The notes under the pieces are model-generated. The model was given only the letters and a program-made list of their open reading frames with translations. It made no database searches and was not told the origin of the DNA. Both the position numbers and the translations under genes were made by a program. A stretch of 64,000 nt of DNA from a virus (Duplodnaviria > Caudoviricetes), in IMG/VR virus record IMGVR_UViG_3300037067_021960, positions 7,061 through 71,060 of that record, one strand, 5' to 3'. Of this stretch, positions 28,422-37,152 are shown one piece after another; the first letter of the stretch is position 1, and each line of letters starts with the position of its first letter.

Positions 28422-29303
28422 ACCGCCTCCATGTACGCCATCACGAACTCCGCCGCGACTTGCGACACGATTGCATTGCCCGCTCCCCGCAGGAGGCCCA
28501 CTCTGCCGGGTACCCCATGAGCCAAAGGCTGAATCGTGGGTTCAATGCGCCGCGCGACGATCTTCCCGGTACGTGGTTCGCGGCAATAGACAACGCGGTA
28601 CTCTGACCAGGGAGAATGCTCGCCACCTGCTGATGAAGAGGGATCCCCGTGTCCTGCAGACGGAATGTCCCCGTCCCTCTCCGGTGGTCGGATACCGTCG
28701 GAGTGGACCAGCCCACAAGGACCGTGGCTGCTTGGTCCTCGAGACGACTCCCTTTCCCCGTATGTTCCAGGCACGGTATGCCTCCGTTCGTTGTCACTCT
28801 GGGCGTCCCCCCACCCAGAAAAGACGGAGCCTCGGTTGCGGGGCACCGACGGCCGCAGCAGGAAGAGCTGACGTCCCGACGGCATAGCCACATGCTTCCA
28901 GGTCAGTCTGTACTCCATCGAGCCATAGGCGCCCATCCGTGCTCTCAACCTGCTCTCCAAACACGACTGTAGGGCGGCACTCCGCGATGAGGCGTCGGAA
29001 CTCGGGCCACAGGTGGCGCTCGTCTCGCTCTCCGCGTCTTTTCCCAGCGACGGAGAACGGCTGGCAAGGGCAACTCCCAGTCCACACGGCTCTGTCGTCT
29101 GGCCATCCAGCAAGTCGAAGAGCGTAGGACCAGCCTCCGATGCCCGCGAAGAAGTGGCATTGCGTGAACCCATCAAGGTCGCCGGGGCGCACGTCAAGGA
29201 TGCTTCTCTCGTCCACCTCTCCATCAGCGATCAGCCCTGCCTTGATGAGTTCGCGCAGCCACGAACAGGCCTTCGGGTCGTTGTCGTTGTAGTAGGCCGG
29301 CAT
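28418..29303 (-). pseudogene. C5-cytosine methyltransferase, alpha frame, frameshifted at the C6 run 28807-28812
   Basis: FFAGIGG, SCPCQPFS, GEQV and RLRLFWV upstream; LRGAGNAIVSQVA (motif X) downstream in another frame; removing one base gives an 885-nt ORF. Confidence 0.85.
28441..29224 (-). pseudogene. Overlapping beta polypeptide of the C5 methyltransferase (alternative frame), broken at the same base
   Basis: ...SGW|GTPRV...GWSTP...LNPRFSLWLMGYPAEW (motif IX); removing one base gives a 783-nt ORF. Confidence 0.75.
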
Positions 29304-29307
29304 CTAA

Positions 29308-29709
29308 TCAGGACGTCCCCTCCCTCTTCTCAATTACGTACGCCCAGGTGATCCTCTCCAAGCCCCCGCCGTCTGGGTGCGGGTCATGGACCACGTCCGA
29401 GCCGCGCATGACGACCGCGTGCTTCCGTCCGCGCGGTCCGGGGCCCGCTGCGATCCACCACGCCACAGCCGCCTCGCCTGCGACCGTCTCCGCCCAGTCC
29501 TCTACGTCGAACGCCGCCAACTCGTGCGCCGGAACCGCCACAAGGCGGAGGCCGCGCTTTGCCAGCCAGGCTTGCGCCAGGTCGAACCATCGCTCTCCCT
29601 TCTCCGCGAAGTTGGGAACAACGCCGATCGCCAGCTCGAGGATCGACGCCAGACACGCCGAGAAGCAGTTGCCCCCGTCCTTAAACCGCGTCTGCTGCAC
29701 GGGGATCAT
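29308..29709 (-). CDS. Small papain/C39-peptidase-like protein
   Basis: GNCFSACLASIL...HAVV...VHDPHP (Cys-His-Asp). Confidence 0.55.
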   Translation of the reverse strand: MIPVQQTRFKDGGNCFSACLASILELAIGVVPNFAEKGERWFDLAQAWLAKRGLRLVAVPAHELAAFDVEDWAETVAGEAAVAWWIAAGPGPRGRKHAVVMRGSDVVHDPHPDGGGLERITWAYVIEKREGTS

Positions 29710-31436
29710 TCGGAAGCCACCTTCTCGCCGCGACGCGCTAGGTACTCGGCCGCAAGGCGCTTGATTCCGCCGTCCTTCGTCGTCACGGCCTCAACCCGTG
29801 GCGCGTGCGGATCCCGGAGGCCTTCGATCTGCCCCTTCTTGATCCCAAGCACATCGGCCACTACAGGATCCGACCCGGAGTCCGAGAGGAGGTAGTAGAC
29901 CGCGACCGGATCCACCTGACCGTCACGGTGGACACGGCCGATGCACTGCTCGTGCACACCCGGTGACCAGTCAAGCTCACCGAACACAACGGTCCGGCTG
30001 ACCTTCTGCAGGCCATCGATGCCCTGTCCGGCTCGCAGGCTCATCACGAGCACCTTGGCGTGGCCGTCGATGAAACTGTCGCGCGCTGCGTCCTTCTGCG
30101 TAACCGACTCCGAGCCCGTGAACATGACCGGATCGAGGTCTTTGAGGAGGTCCATCCAGATCGAGTACACCTCGCGGTGCCACCCGTAGAGCACGACGCG
30201 CTCGCCCGACTCGACAAGAAGCCGCACGAACGCTGCCACATACGGAGCCTTTGCGATCCCCGTCGCCTGACGTAGCTTCCAGTCCAACTCGCGCGCCGCC
30301 TGCCCGCGCTTGGTGAACTCCGACGCCGGGCCGAGGATCACGCGCGCCAGCTCGGCCACGTCCACGGAGACGCGGTTCAACGCCTCCATGTCCGCGTCGA
30401 CGTGCTGCGGAATGACCATGACCTCTGGCAGCTCGCGGGAGACGTCGGAGCGCGTTCGGCGAATCATGAGCCCCGCCTCGCGCACGTACGACCCGAACGC
30501 GACAGGCTCTCGCACCGACGCCCGCTCCGGCCGGTCGTACCGCTCGTGGCACCACTCACGCAGGAACTCGTCGAGCGAGCCGAGGGCGCCCGGGAGGAGG
30601 GCCTCCATCACGTGAAAAAACTCGCCGCCATAGTTGTAGACAGGCGTCGCCGAGAGCCCGAGACGGTACTGCGCGGCCGCGGCGATCTCCTGGGCCGCCT
30701 CGCCCTTCGCGCTAGCGTCCCCACGGCGAAGCTCCTGCACCTCGTCGAAGATCACGGTTCGGACCGTCCCGGCGAGCGTGTCCGCCCAGCCCGCGAGCTT
30801 GTGGTAGTTGGTGACCAGGACATCGGGGAAGCAACCTTCGCCCGCCTTGCCTCTCTTCTGCCTCCTGCCGGCTACGTCGTACGGTGTGCCCTTCTTGATG
30901 ACATGCACGACGAGGTCCGGAGCGAAGCGGTGCAGCTCACGCTCCCACTGCGTCGTGAGGTGCGTCAACGTCACTACGAGCGCCGGCCGCGTCGACGGCT
31001 CGGTGAGCATGGCGATCGCACAGACGGTCTTGCCAAGGCCAACGTCGTCAGCCACGAGGAGTCCGCGGGTCCGCAGTGCTGCCTCTGCAGCCACTCGTTG
31101 GTAGTCACGCGGCGGAAGCACAAGCTCGAACGCCCGCGGCTCGATCGTCCCCGAGAGAAGACGCTCAACGTCGATGACACGCTGCTCGTACGCCGCCGAA
31201 CGGAACTCGAGCTCGTCGCGATCGCGTTCCTTCATCTGGAGCGGGTAACGCTCGAGAAGCCAGCGGATGTCCAGTGACGTCTCGTCCGTCGCCAGGATCT
31301 CGATGTGTCCCGGTGTCCCGTTCTTCGCCGCACGCCCGAACAGCCGCTTGACGCGAAGAGACACGTGAGGCTCCGTCTGGATCACCCAGCACTCCTTGGC
31401 GCCTCGTTCGAGCGTCAGCGTGCCGTAGGTACGCAT
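29706..31436 (-). CDS. Second SNF2-family helicase
   Basis: ADDVGLGKT, FDEVQ, LSATP, EQCIGRVHRDGQ. Confidence 0.92.
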   Translation of the reverse strand: MRTYGTLTLERGAKECWVIQTEPHVSLRVKRLFGRAAKNGTPGHIEILATDETSLDIRWLLERYPLQMKERDRDELEFRSAAYEQRVIDVERLLSGTIEPRAFELVLPPRDYQRVAAEAALRTRGLLVADDVGLGKTVCAIAMLTEPSTRPALVVTLTHLTTQWERELHRFAPDLVVHVIKKGTPYDVAGRRQKRGKAGEGCFPDVLVTNYHKLAGWADTLAGTVRTVIFDEVQELRRGDASAKGEAAQEIAAAAQYRLGLSATPVYNYGGEFFHVMEALLPGALGSLDEFLREWCHERYDRPERASVREPVAFGSYVREAGLMIRRTRSDVSRELPEVMVIPQHVDADMEALNRVSVDVAELARVILGPASEFTKRGQAARELDWKLRQATGIAKAPYVAAFVRLLVESGERVVLYGWHREVYSIWMDLLKDLDPVMFTGSESVTQKDAARDSFIDGHAKVLVMSLRAGQGIDGLQKVSRTVVFGELDWSPGVHEQCIGRVHRDGQVDPVAVYYLLSDSGSDPVVADVLGIKKGQIEGLRDPHAPRVEAVTTKDGGIKRLAAEYLARRGEKVASE

Positions 31437-31792
31437 CAGAGAGCACGCTCCGAGAGCCATAGGATGACGACCCTCTTCCGCTTCAGCAGGTTCGGGATCC
31501 CGAGGTGACCGCACCGGCTCGTAACGACGAGCAGCTCGTGTATGCACTCGTCAGTGAGGTAGGCATGGATCTGCCGAACGAGCTTCGCCATGCTCCCGTC
31601 AACCTTGACCTCGATCCCAACGCCGTCCTGGCAGAGGAAGTCGATCCGGCCACCATGGACCACCACCTCGCGCTCGAACTGGATGCCGGCCGCCGTGAGC
31701 ACTTGCGCAATACCATCCTGAAGCTCGCGCTCCGATGAGAATCGGAACCGATTCCCGACAAGCGCATCTCGGACGGCCACGGCGTCCGTCAT
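31436..31792 (-). CDS. PD-(D/E)xK nuclease-like protein
   Basis: RIDFL...GIEVK...QIHAY. Confidence 0.75.
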   Translation of the reverse strand: MTDAVAVRDALVGNRFRFSSERELQDGIAQVLTAAGIQFEREVVVHGGRIDFLCQDGVGIEVKVDGSMAKLVRQIHAYLTDECIHELLVVTSRCGHLGIPNLLKRKRVVILWLSERAL

Positions 31793-31901
31793 GAAACCAC
31801 CCGCCGCTCGCTCCACCGCGCGTAGAGAGCCGCTACACCGACACCAAAGAGGCCGCTGGCAAAGGCGAGCCCTGCATTCATCGCCGCGAAGCCGAGCGCG
31901 G

Positions 31902-32264
31902 TCACCGCAACCTCCGAGCAAGCCGCGGGTCGGCGAAGTCTTCTACACCAGGGCGGATCCCGGAACGATGGAGAAGCTCCCATGTAGCGCGCACGGAGAG
32001 ATGAAGCGCCAGCGCAAGGAAGCCGAATGGCGACGTCCGGTACGCTTCTTTGCTGCCGCACTTCGGACAGCGCATAGGCCGCGGCGACCACCACACATGC
32101 TGACAGCTTGCGCACGTCACCCGCTGCCAGGGAACGCTGCGAGGCAAGAGCGGCTGTGCTGTGGACGGAATCGCGACCTCCGTCGCCTGCCCGGCCTCCG
32201 CTGACCTGCTTAGGCCCTCCGCAGAGCCAGGCCGAGGAAACGGCCTCTCATTCGATTGCGACAC
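31902..32264 (-). CDS. Zn-ribbon hypothetical protein
   Basis: CASC...CPKC; GGAGG RBS; downstream of promoter site C. Confidence 0.55.
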   Translation of the reverse strand: MSQSNERPFPRPGSAEGLSRSAEAGQATEVAIPSTAQPLLPRSVPWQRVTCASCQHVWWSPRPMRCPKCGSKEAYRTSPFGFLALALHLSVRATWELLHRSGIRPGVEDFADPRLARRLR

Positions 32265-32294
32265 GGTGCCTCCCGCCTGTCGGTTGAGCCCCTT

Positions 32295-32324
32295 ACTATA
32301 ACCTCCCGCGGGGTTACTTGTCCA
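32295..32324 (-). promoter_or_regulatory. Sigma70-type promoter with palindromic operator (site C)
   Basis: TGGACA-18-TATAGT; ATAACCTC-CCGC-GGGGTTAC at 32298-32317. Confidence 0.75.
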
Positions 32325-32538
32325 CCCCTCCGCCGCTCGCTTCCGCTTCTCGCCTGCCCCGCGTGGCCATCTTGGTGTTGTACGTCACACCCACGCGCGG
32401 CGGAGACCACACTGCAGGTCCGTGGCAGTTCCGACACACGATCTCTCTATCCACAGCCGCGAACCGCTTGACCGTGACCATCGTCTCGTGGCCACACTTC
32501 AGGCACACGTAGCGCACGCGCTTCGTCTCTCCCGCCAT
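32314..32538 (-). CDS. Small Zn-ribbon protein
   Basis: CLKC...CRNC. Confidence 0.65.
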   Translation of the reverse strand: MAGETKRVRYVCLKCGHETMVTVKRFAAVDREIVCRNCHGPAVWSPPRVGVTYNTKMATRGRREAEASGGGVDK

Positions 32539-33344
32539 CAGTCCCGCAGCACCTCCTCGAGCGTGTCACGCCGCTCGGCCTCGCTCGTCCCGCTCCCCGC
32601 CTTCATGACCTCGGACGGCAGGAGCGCCGGTACGTTAGCCGGCTCCTGGTAGAGCGGGATGTCGTCTGGTTCCGGAGCGATCCCGTCCATACTCCCCATC
32701 CGCTTGTGGAGCATCGCGTAGGCCGATCGCACCATCCTCTCGCGCTTCTCCTCGGAGATCTCGCCACCCTGGCCGGGTACTCCTCCGTCTCCCCCGGGAC
32801 GCTGCGCATCGAGGAACACGACACCGATTCGAAGGGCCAACTCCTCGACCTTGATCTTCTGAGCAATCGCCTGAATCGCGGCACGGTAGTCTGGATCGTC
32901 GACCTCGATCGGCTTCTGACCGCGCCGGACGTTGTAGACGACCTTCTGCTTCCCACCGACGCTCATCACCTGCGGCTCTTGCACTTCGGCGTTGGTGAGC
33001 ATCGTGGTCCGCCGGCTCAGAGCGTCCTGACGCACCAGTTCGGACTGGTCGCGCAGACTCTGCAGGCGGCTGAACGCTTGGGCGAAGTAGTCTTCGAGAT
33101 GGGCCGGATCGGCCTGGATGATGTCCTTGATCCAGTCGCGCCGGAGCGTCCAATCCTGATAGACGGTGTTCCGCTTGACCCCGAACTCGGCCGCGATCTT
33201 GTGCGCCGCGTCGACGAGCTCCATCCCCGAGCCAATGAGATCGAGGAGGCGCCGCCGCCGCAAGAGGGTTATCTCGTGCCGCTTGAGTCCCTGGAGCGCC
33301 TTGATCGAGCCGGATGCCCCGCTCTTCTCGTCCTTCCCCGCCAT
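32538..33344 (-). CDS. Probable terminase small subunit (HTH)
   Basis: N-terminal HTH (AAHKIAAEFGVKRNTVYQDW), helical oligomerisation region, acidic tail. Confidence 0.55.
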   Translation of the reverse strand: MAGKDEKSGASGSIKALQGLKRHEITLLRRRRLLDLIGSGMELVDAAHKIAAEFGVKRNTVYQDWTLRRDWIKDIIQADPAHLEDYFAQAFSRLQSLRDQSELVRQDALSRRTTMLTNAEVQEPQVMSVGGKQKVVYNVRRGQKPIEVDDPDYRAAIQAIAQKIKVEELALRIGVVFLDAQRPGGDGGVPGQGGEISEEKRERMVRSAYAMLHKRMGSMDGIAPEPDDIPLYQEPANVPALLPSEVMKAGSGTSEAERRDTLEEVLRD

Positions 33345-33418
33345 GGTGTGATGTGGGAACGCGCATTCCGCCGCCCTCGCGAGAGTCTCCCTCTATGACG
33401 CGCGCTCCTTCTCTCCCA

Positions 33419-34567
33419 TCACTCTGTTCCGCCACCGTCCTCGTCTGCCCCTGCTCCCTCTCCCGCAGATTCGCCTCCGCCGTCCGTCTCCTCGTCCGTG
33501 TCCTTCCTGGCCGTCTTCTTCGCTTCCTTTGCGGCTTTGGCGTCGACGAGCGCGTGGATCTCCTCGCACAGCCCTTCGGGTAGGAGTTTCTCGGAGATGA
33601 CGACTCCGTTGCGGACGTACCGTCCCTCGCCGTCGACCGTGTACTCCTTCGCCAGCTGGCGGTAGCGCTTCCGGTCCTCGGTCTTCGCCTTCTCCTCGCG
33701 CTCGGCGAACAGCTGCACCGTGAAGGTGTCGAGCGCCTGGAGTTGGTTCTGGTCGAGGTACGTGTAGACGTCGTCGACCGTCCACTCGTCGAGCAGCGAC
33801 GCGACCTTGATCCCCGCTTCCGTGTAGAACTCCGCTACGTTGACTGCCGGGTCCTTGCGTGCGACCGCGCAGACCACCGTTCGAACACCGTCTCGCCCCT
33901 TGAGGAGTCGCGCCGCTTCCTGCCAGAAGCCTTCGGCGCCTTCGCTCGTGAACGCAGCCACCGTTTCCGGCGTCTGGATCACAAGTGGATCCAACCCGTA
34001 GTAGAGCCGATACTCTTCCAAGTACTGGTCGAGTCCCGCCACCGGCTCCTGTGGCAGCTGCGCGAACAACACGAGCGTCTTCAGGCGCCCGTGGAAGTAG
34101 CGTGTGACCAGGCTCGCCAGTGCGATGCTGTGCGGCGACCCCGTGATCTCGAGCGCGATTTCGCCAGGCTCGAGCTCGACCATCGCCTGGTGGAACTCCT
34201 GCTCGAACTGCCGCAAGAGCTCCGTCATGCGCCGGTCTTCCGTCTGTGTGTACGGCACTCTGGCCTCCTTCCGTATGCACGTCACATCCATCCCAGCAGC
34301 GTCCGCCAGCGCGCGGAGAAGCTCAGGCCTCCGACGCAGCACCTCCGGAAGACGCTCCCGGACCAACCGCTTCACCCCATTCGGGTCGTCGTAGCCCAAC
34401 CGCTCGGCCAGGTGTCTCCACATCCCCCTCCCCGACCCGGGCGACGCCGCGATCTCCTCGAAGATCTGGCGGAGGCTGTGTCCATCGATTTCGACATCCT
34501 CCCGCCGCAGCACGTCATCGAGGACAAGCCGCGCGACCTCTCGGTCCACCTCGGTGATCAGCCGCAT
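33419..34567 (-). CDS. Sigma region-4-like HTH fused to a degenerate PAPS-reductase-like domain
   Basis: DREVARL...LAERLG...VKRLVR; ALEITGSPHSIAL, YGLD and EWTVDDVYTYL resemble the PAPS reductase fold. Confidence 0.6.
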   Translation of the reverse strand: MRLITEVDREVARLVLDDVLRREDVEIDGHSLRQIFEEIAASPGSGRGMWRHLAERLGYDDPNGVKRLVRERLPEVLRRRPELLRALADAAGMDVTCIRKEARVPYTQTEDRRMTELLRQFEQEFHQAMVELEPGEIALEITGSPHSIALASLVTRYFHGRLKTLVLFAQLPQEPVAGLDQYLEEYRLYYGLDPLVIQTPETVAAFTSEGAEGFWQEAARLLKGRDGVRTVVCAVARKDPAVNVAEFYTEAGIKVASLLDEWTVDDVYTYLDQNQLQALDTFTVQLFAEREEKAKTEDRKRYRQLAKEYTVDGEGRYVRNGVVISEKLLPEGLCEEIHALVDAKAAKEAKKTARKDTDEETDGGGESAGEGAGADEDGGGTE

Positions 34568-35058
34568 CCAATCACCGTCCGGCCGTGGGACTGCGCCTCG
34601 GCTGCGAGGTCGAACCGTTCGCTCGCATCAGCGAACTCGCCGTCCTCACTCGCTACGGCCTCCATCGATTCGATCGAGCGACCGAACTTGACCCGTGTGC
34701 GGCGCTTCCAGCCACGCATGTCGGGCGGGAACATCCACTCGCGTGCCTGCTCGACGCCGTAGCGATTCACGTTGCGGGTCCAGTTGCGCGCGAGGTTCGT
34801 CGCCCAGCGGCGCAGGTAGTCGAGGTTCTCGTCCCCCGTCACCCACGGCTGCGGTTCGAACGTGGGGAGGTAGATGAAGATGCGGGTCACTACATCATGC
34901 AGAACGACATCGAAGTCCCGCGGGGTCGAGAGACACTTGCCCACCACGTTGCGCAGGTGAGGACGCAGGTACTCGTAGATAACCTCCAACGCATCCTCAT
35001 CGCGACGACGGGCCCGCTCGATCAGGCCACGCCCATCCCACACCGCTCCGCGCGTCAT
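34558..35058 (-). CDS. ECF-sigma region-2-like protein lacking region 4
   Basis: RDEDALEVIYEYLRP...HDVVTRIF...LRRWATNLARNWTRN. Confidence 0.7.
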   Translation of the reverse strand: MTRGAVWDGRGLIERARRRDEDALEVIYEYLRPHLRNVVGKCLSTPRDFDVVLHDVVTRIFIYLPTFEPQPWVTGDENLDYLRRWATNLARNWTRNVNRYGVEQAREWMFPPDMRGWKRRTRVKFGRSIESMEAVASEDGEFADASERFDLAAEAQSHGRTVIGCG

Positions 35059-35173
35059 GAGCCCCCTCATCCGTTCGCCGAGCCTGGAAAGGCAAAACCC
35101 ACCCAGGGTCGAAGGTCTTGTGGACCCTCTTCCCTGAGTGGGTTTCTCCCTACTCAGTTATCGTCTCGCGGCC

Positions 35174-35203
35174 AGTCTACATACTTGCCTCTCTCGCTGT
35201 CAA
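35174..35203 (-). promoter_or_regulatory. Sigma70-type promoter of the sigma-like gene
   Basis: TTGACA-18-(TG)TAGACT. Confidence 0.75.
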
Positions 35204-35213
35204 CAACCCGCGC

Positions 35214-35648
35214 CTAGCTGCCACCAAAGAGCACCGTCTGCTCAGCAACCTCCCATGACTTGATTTGCCCGGCGATGATGGTCACGAGCACCGTCCCAAA
35301 CCCCACATCCAAGCACGTCCGCACGAACAGCCGCTCCGGCAACGAGAACGACTGCCATGGGATGGGATCGCCGATACCGACGGACGCGAGCGGCATATCC
35401 GTACACGCCGGCTTCGTCACCCGAAGGAGCCGCGGACAGCCATCCTGCAGCTTGACCTCACCCCCGATGATGCACTCGATCTTGCGGACGTGGGCGAGGA
35501 ACCAGCCGAACTTCCGCAGGACATCCCGCTCGATGGGCATCGGCTCGTACTCCGCGCTCTGTTCACGCAAGACCGTCTCCCCGGGGAGGGCCCCCTTCAT
35601 CGCCCCGACGACGTCACGCAGCGTTCCACCAACACCTCGTTCGGGCAT
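35214..35648 (-). CDS. Hypothetical protein with two DUF2292-like repeats
   Basis: GEVKLQDGCP and GFGTVLVTIIAGQI repeats. Confidence 0.5.
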   Translation of the reverse strand: MPERGVGGTLRDVVGAMKGALPGETVLREQSAEYEPMPIERDVLRKFGWFLAHVRKIECIIGGEVKLQDGCPRLLRVTKPACTDMPLASVGIGDPIPWQSFSLPERLFVRTCLDVGFGTVLVTIIAGQIKSWEVAEQTVLFGGS

Positions 35649-36628
35649 CAGGCTCCCTTCCGCGAAGCTGCCTGGCTCGGTAGAGTCCGCCATGCCTCCA
35701 CGCCAATGCCGTAGTCCGAGCCGTACTGGGTGATGTCCGTGTCCGCAAACACCTGCGGCGAGACGTGCGTTCCGAGAATGCCGTTCGTGATGCACACCTG
35801 CCAGACGGCCGCCTTCGCCGCCACACACAATGGGACATCCTCGCCCTGGTGGTGGGCTCCGTAGCGGGCGCCCTCCCCGAGCACCTCCCGGCGGATCATC
35901 GCCGCGCCGCCGCCGCCCGTGGTGTCGATGTGGACGATGTACGGCACATTCACGTCGTTCCAGAGAAGTTCGAAACCCTCCGGGTCGACATGCGTAGCAA
36001 GGCCCACAAAGACAGTGTGGACACGCTCTTCCGGCACGAGACCGCTGCGGTCAGGGTGGTTGTAGATCCCCTCTCCGACATGCACCATGCCATTGTGGAA
36101 CTTCCCCCCGCAGCCAGGGTGCTCGACGTCGGCCGCGAGGATCCCGATCCTTGGGAAGTGCTCCATGATCCAGACGAGCGTTGGCCACTTCCCAGAATGT
36201 CGGCCCACCAAGGCGTAGCGCGGCATCAGAATGTCGGAATCCCACATCAGGAGATAGTCGCCGTCACGTCGCAGGAACTCGTCGACGATCATGTTCCGGA
36301 GGAGCGCCAACTCGCGCTTGTCGTTCCGCGGGTTCACACGCTCCTTCACGACGAGCCCCGGCACCTGCGGCGCCGTCTCCTTGTAGTGGGCGTAGCCGAA
36401 GTCGTGGCTGAGAACAACCATCCACCCCGGGTGCTCCACGTTCCAACGCACCGCTCGCTCCTCGAGCACGGCCATGGTGTCGTCCTCGGAGTCGTTCTCG
36501 AGGGCGATGATCGACACCTTATCGCCGTTAGCCTCGGCTTCAACGGCCGCGCGGTCGACGCAGCGGAACCAGTGCGGAAGGATCCACGCCCGGTCGCGCA
36601 CCGGCACTCCAATCACGATGTGCGACAC
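35648..36628 (-). CDS. Glycosyltransferase, GT-A (GT2/Anp1-like)
   Basis: IGVPVRDR, ENDSEDDT, LRN, MWDSDIL, GEDVPLC. Confidence 0.85.
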   Translation of the reverse strand: MSHIVIGVPVRDRAWILPHWFRCVDRAAVEAEANGDKVSIIALENDSEDDTMAVLEERAVRWNVEHPGWMVVLSHDFGYAHYKETAPQVPGLVVKERVNPRNDKRELALLRNMIVDEFLRRDGDYLLMWDSDILMPRYALVGRHSGKWPTLVWIMEHFPRIGILAADVEHPGCGGKFHNGMVHVGEGIYNHPDRSGLVPEERVHTVFVGLATHVDPEGFELLWNDVNVPYIVHIDTTGGGGAAMIRREVLGEGARYGAHHQGEDVPLCVAAKAAVWQVCITNGILGTHVSPQVFADTDITQYGSDYGIGVEAWRTLPSQAASRKGA

Positions 36629-37152
36629 AGGAGCCTCCTCACGAACCGCGACACGCGCCGTCCCTCCGCCCGCTCCAACGCCATGTTTGGATCCTCCGCG
36701 CTCCCCACCAGCACAGGAACGTGCTCCGTCCGCGCCCGCATCGCCTGCACCTTCGTGTAGAGCGGCAGGAGGTCGATGACGAACTCGGGTCCCCCGTCCA
36801 GCCCAGTCACCATCTGCTGCCTGACCTCGAGGGTTCGGTCCTTCAGGTCCAGGCCGGACAGATCATTCGCCGTGATCCCTCCGTTGGGCAAGAGCAGCAG
36901 CGACCCCGCGATGTAGAACCTCCGTCGCGACCGGATGGCCTTCCCCGTCTCCGACTGCACGTAGCGCAGCACGAGGTGGAGACGCAGCCAACGCATGGGT
37001 CGGTTGCTGTTGAGCACCCCTACGCCAATCGAGACCGTCGGATCGAACGAGATGTACCCGCCGGCATGCTCGGCGATCTCCCGCGGCAGCTGGATCTCGC
37101 CCTTCGTGCAGAGCACCACCTTCCACGTCTTGGGCTTCACGGCATCGTTCAT
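36613..37152 (-). CDS. Hypothetical protein
   Basis: 179-aa coupled ORF. Confidence 0.6.
   Translation of the reverse strand: MNDAVKPKTWKVVLCTKGEIQLPREIAEHAGGYISFDPTVSIGVGVLNSNRPMRWLRLHLVLRYVQSETGKAIRSRRRFYIAGSLLLLPNGGITANDLSGLDLKDRTLEVRQQMVTGLDGGPEFVIDLLPLYTKVQAMRARTEHVPVLVGSAEDPNMALERAEGRRVSRFVRRLLCRTS

Noticed and set aside
35084-35130. GGCAAAACC...GGGUCGAAGG on the plus strand resembles a c-di-GMP-I riboswitch
   Set aside because: Antisense to the gene, and lacks the GNRA-capped P2 and receptor
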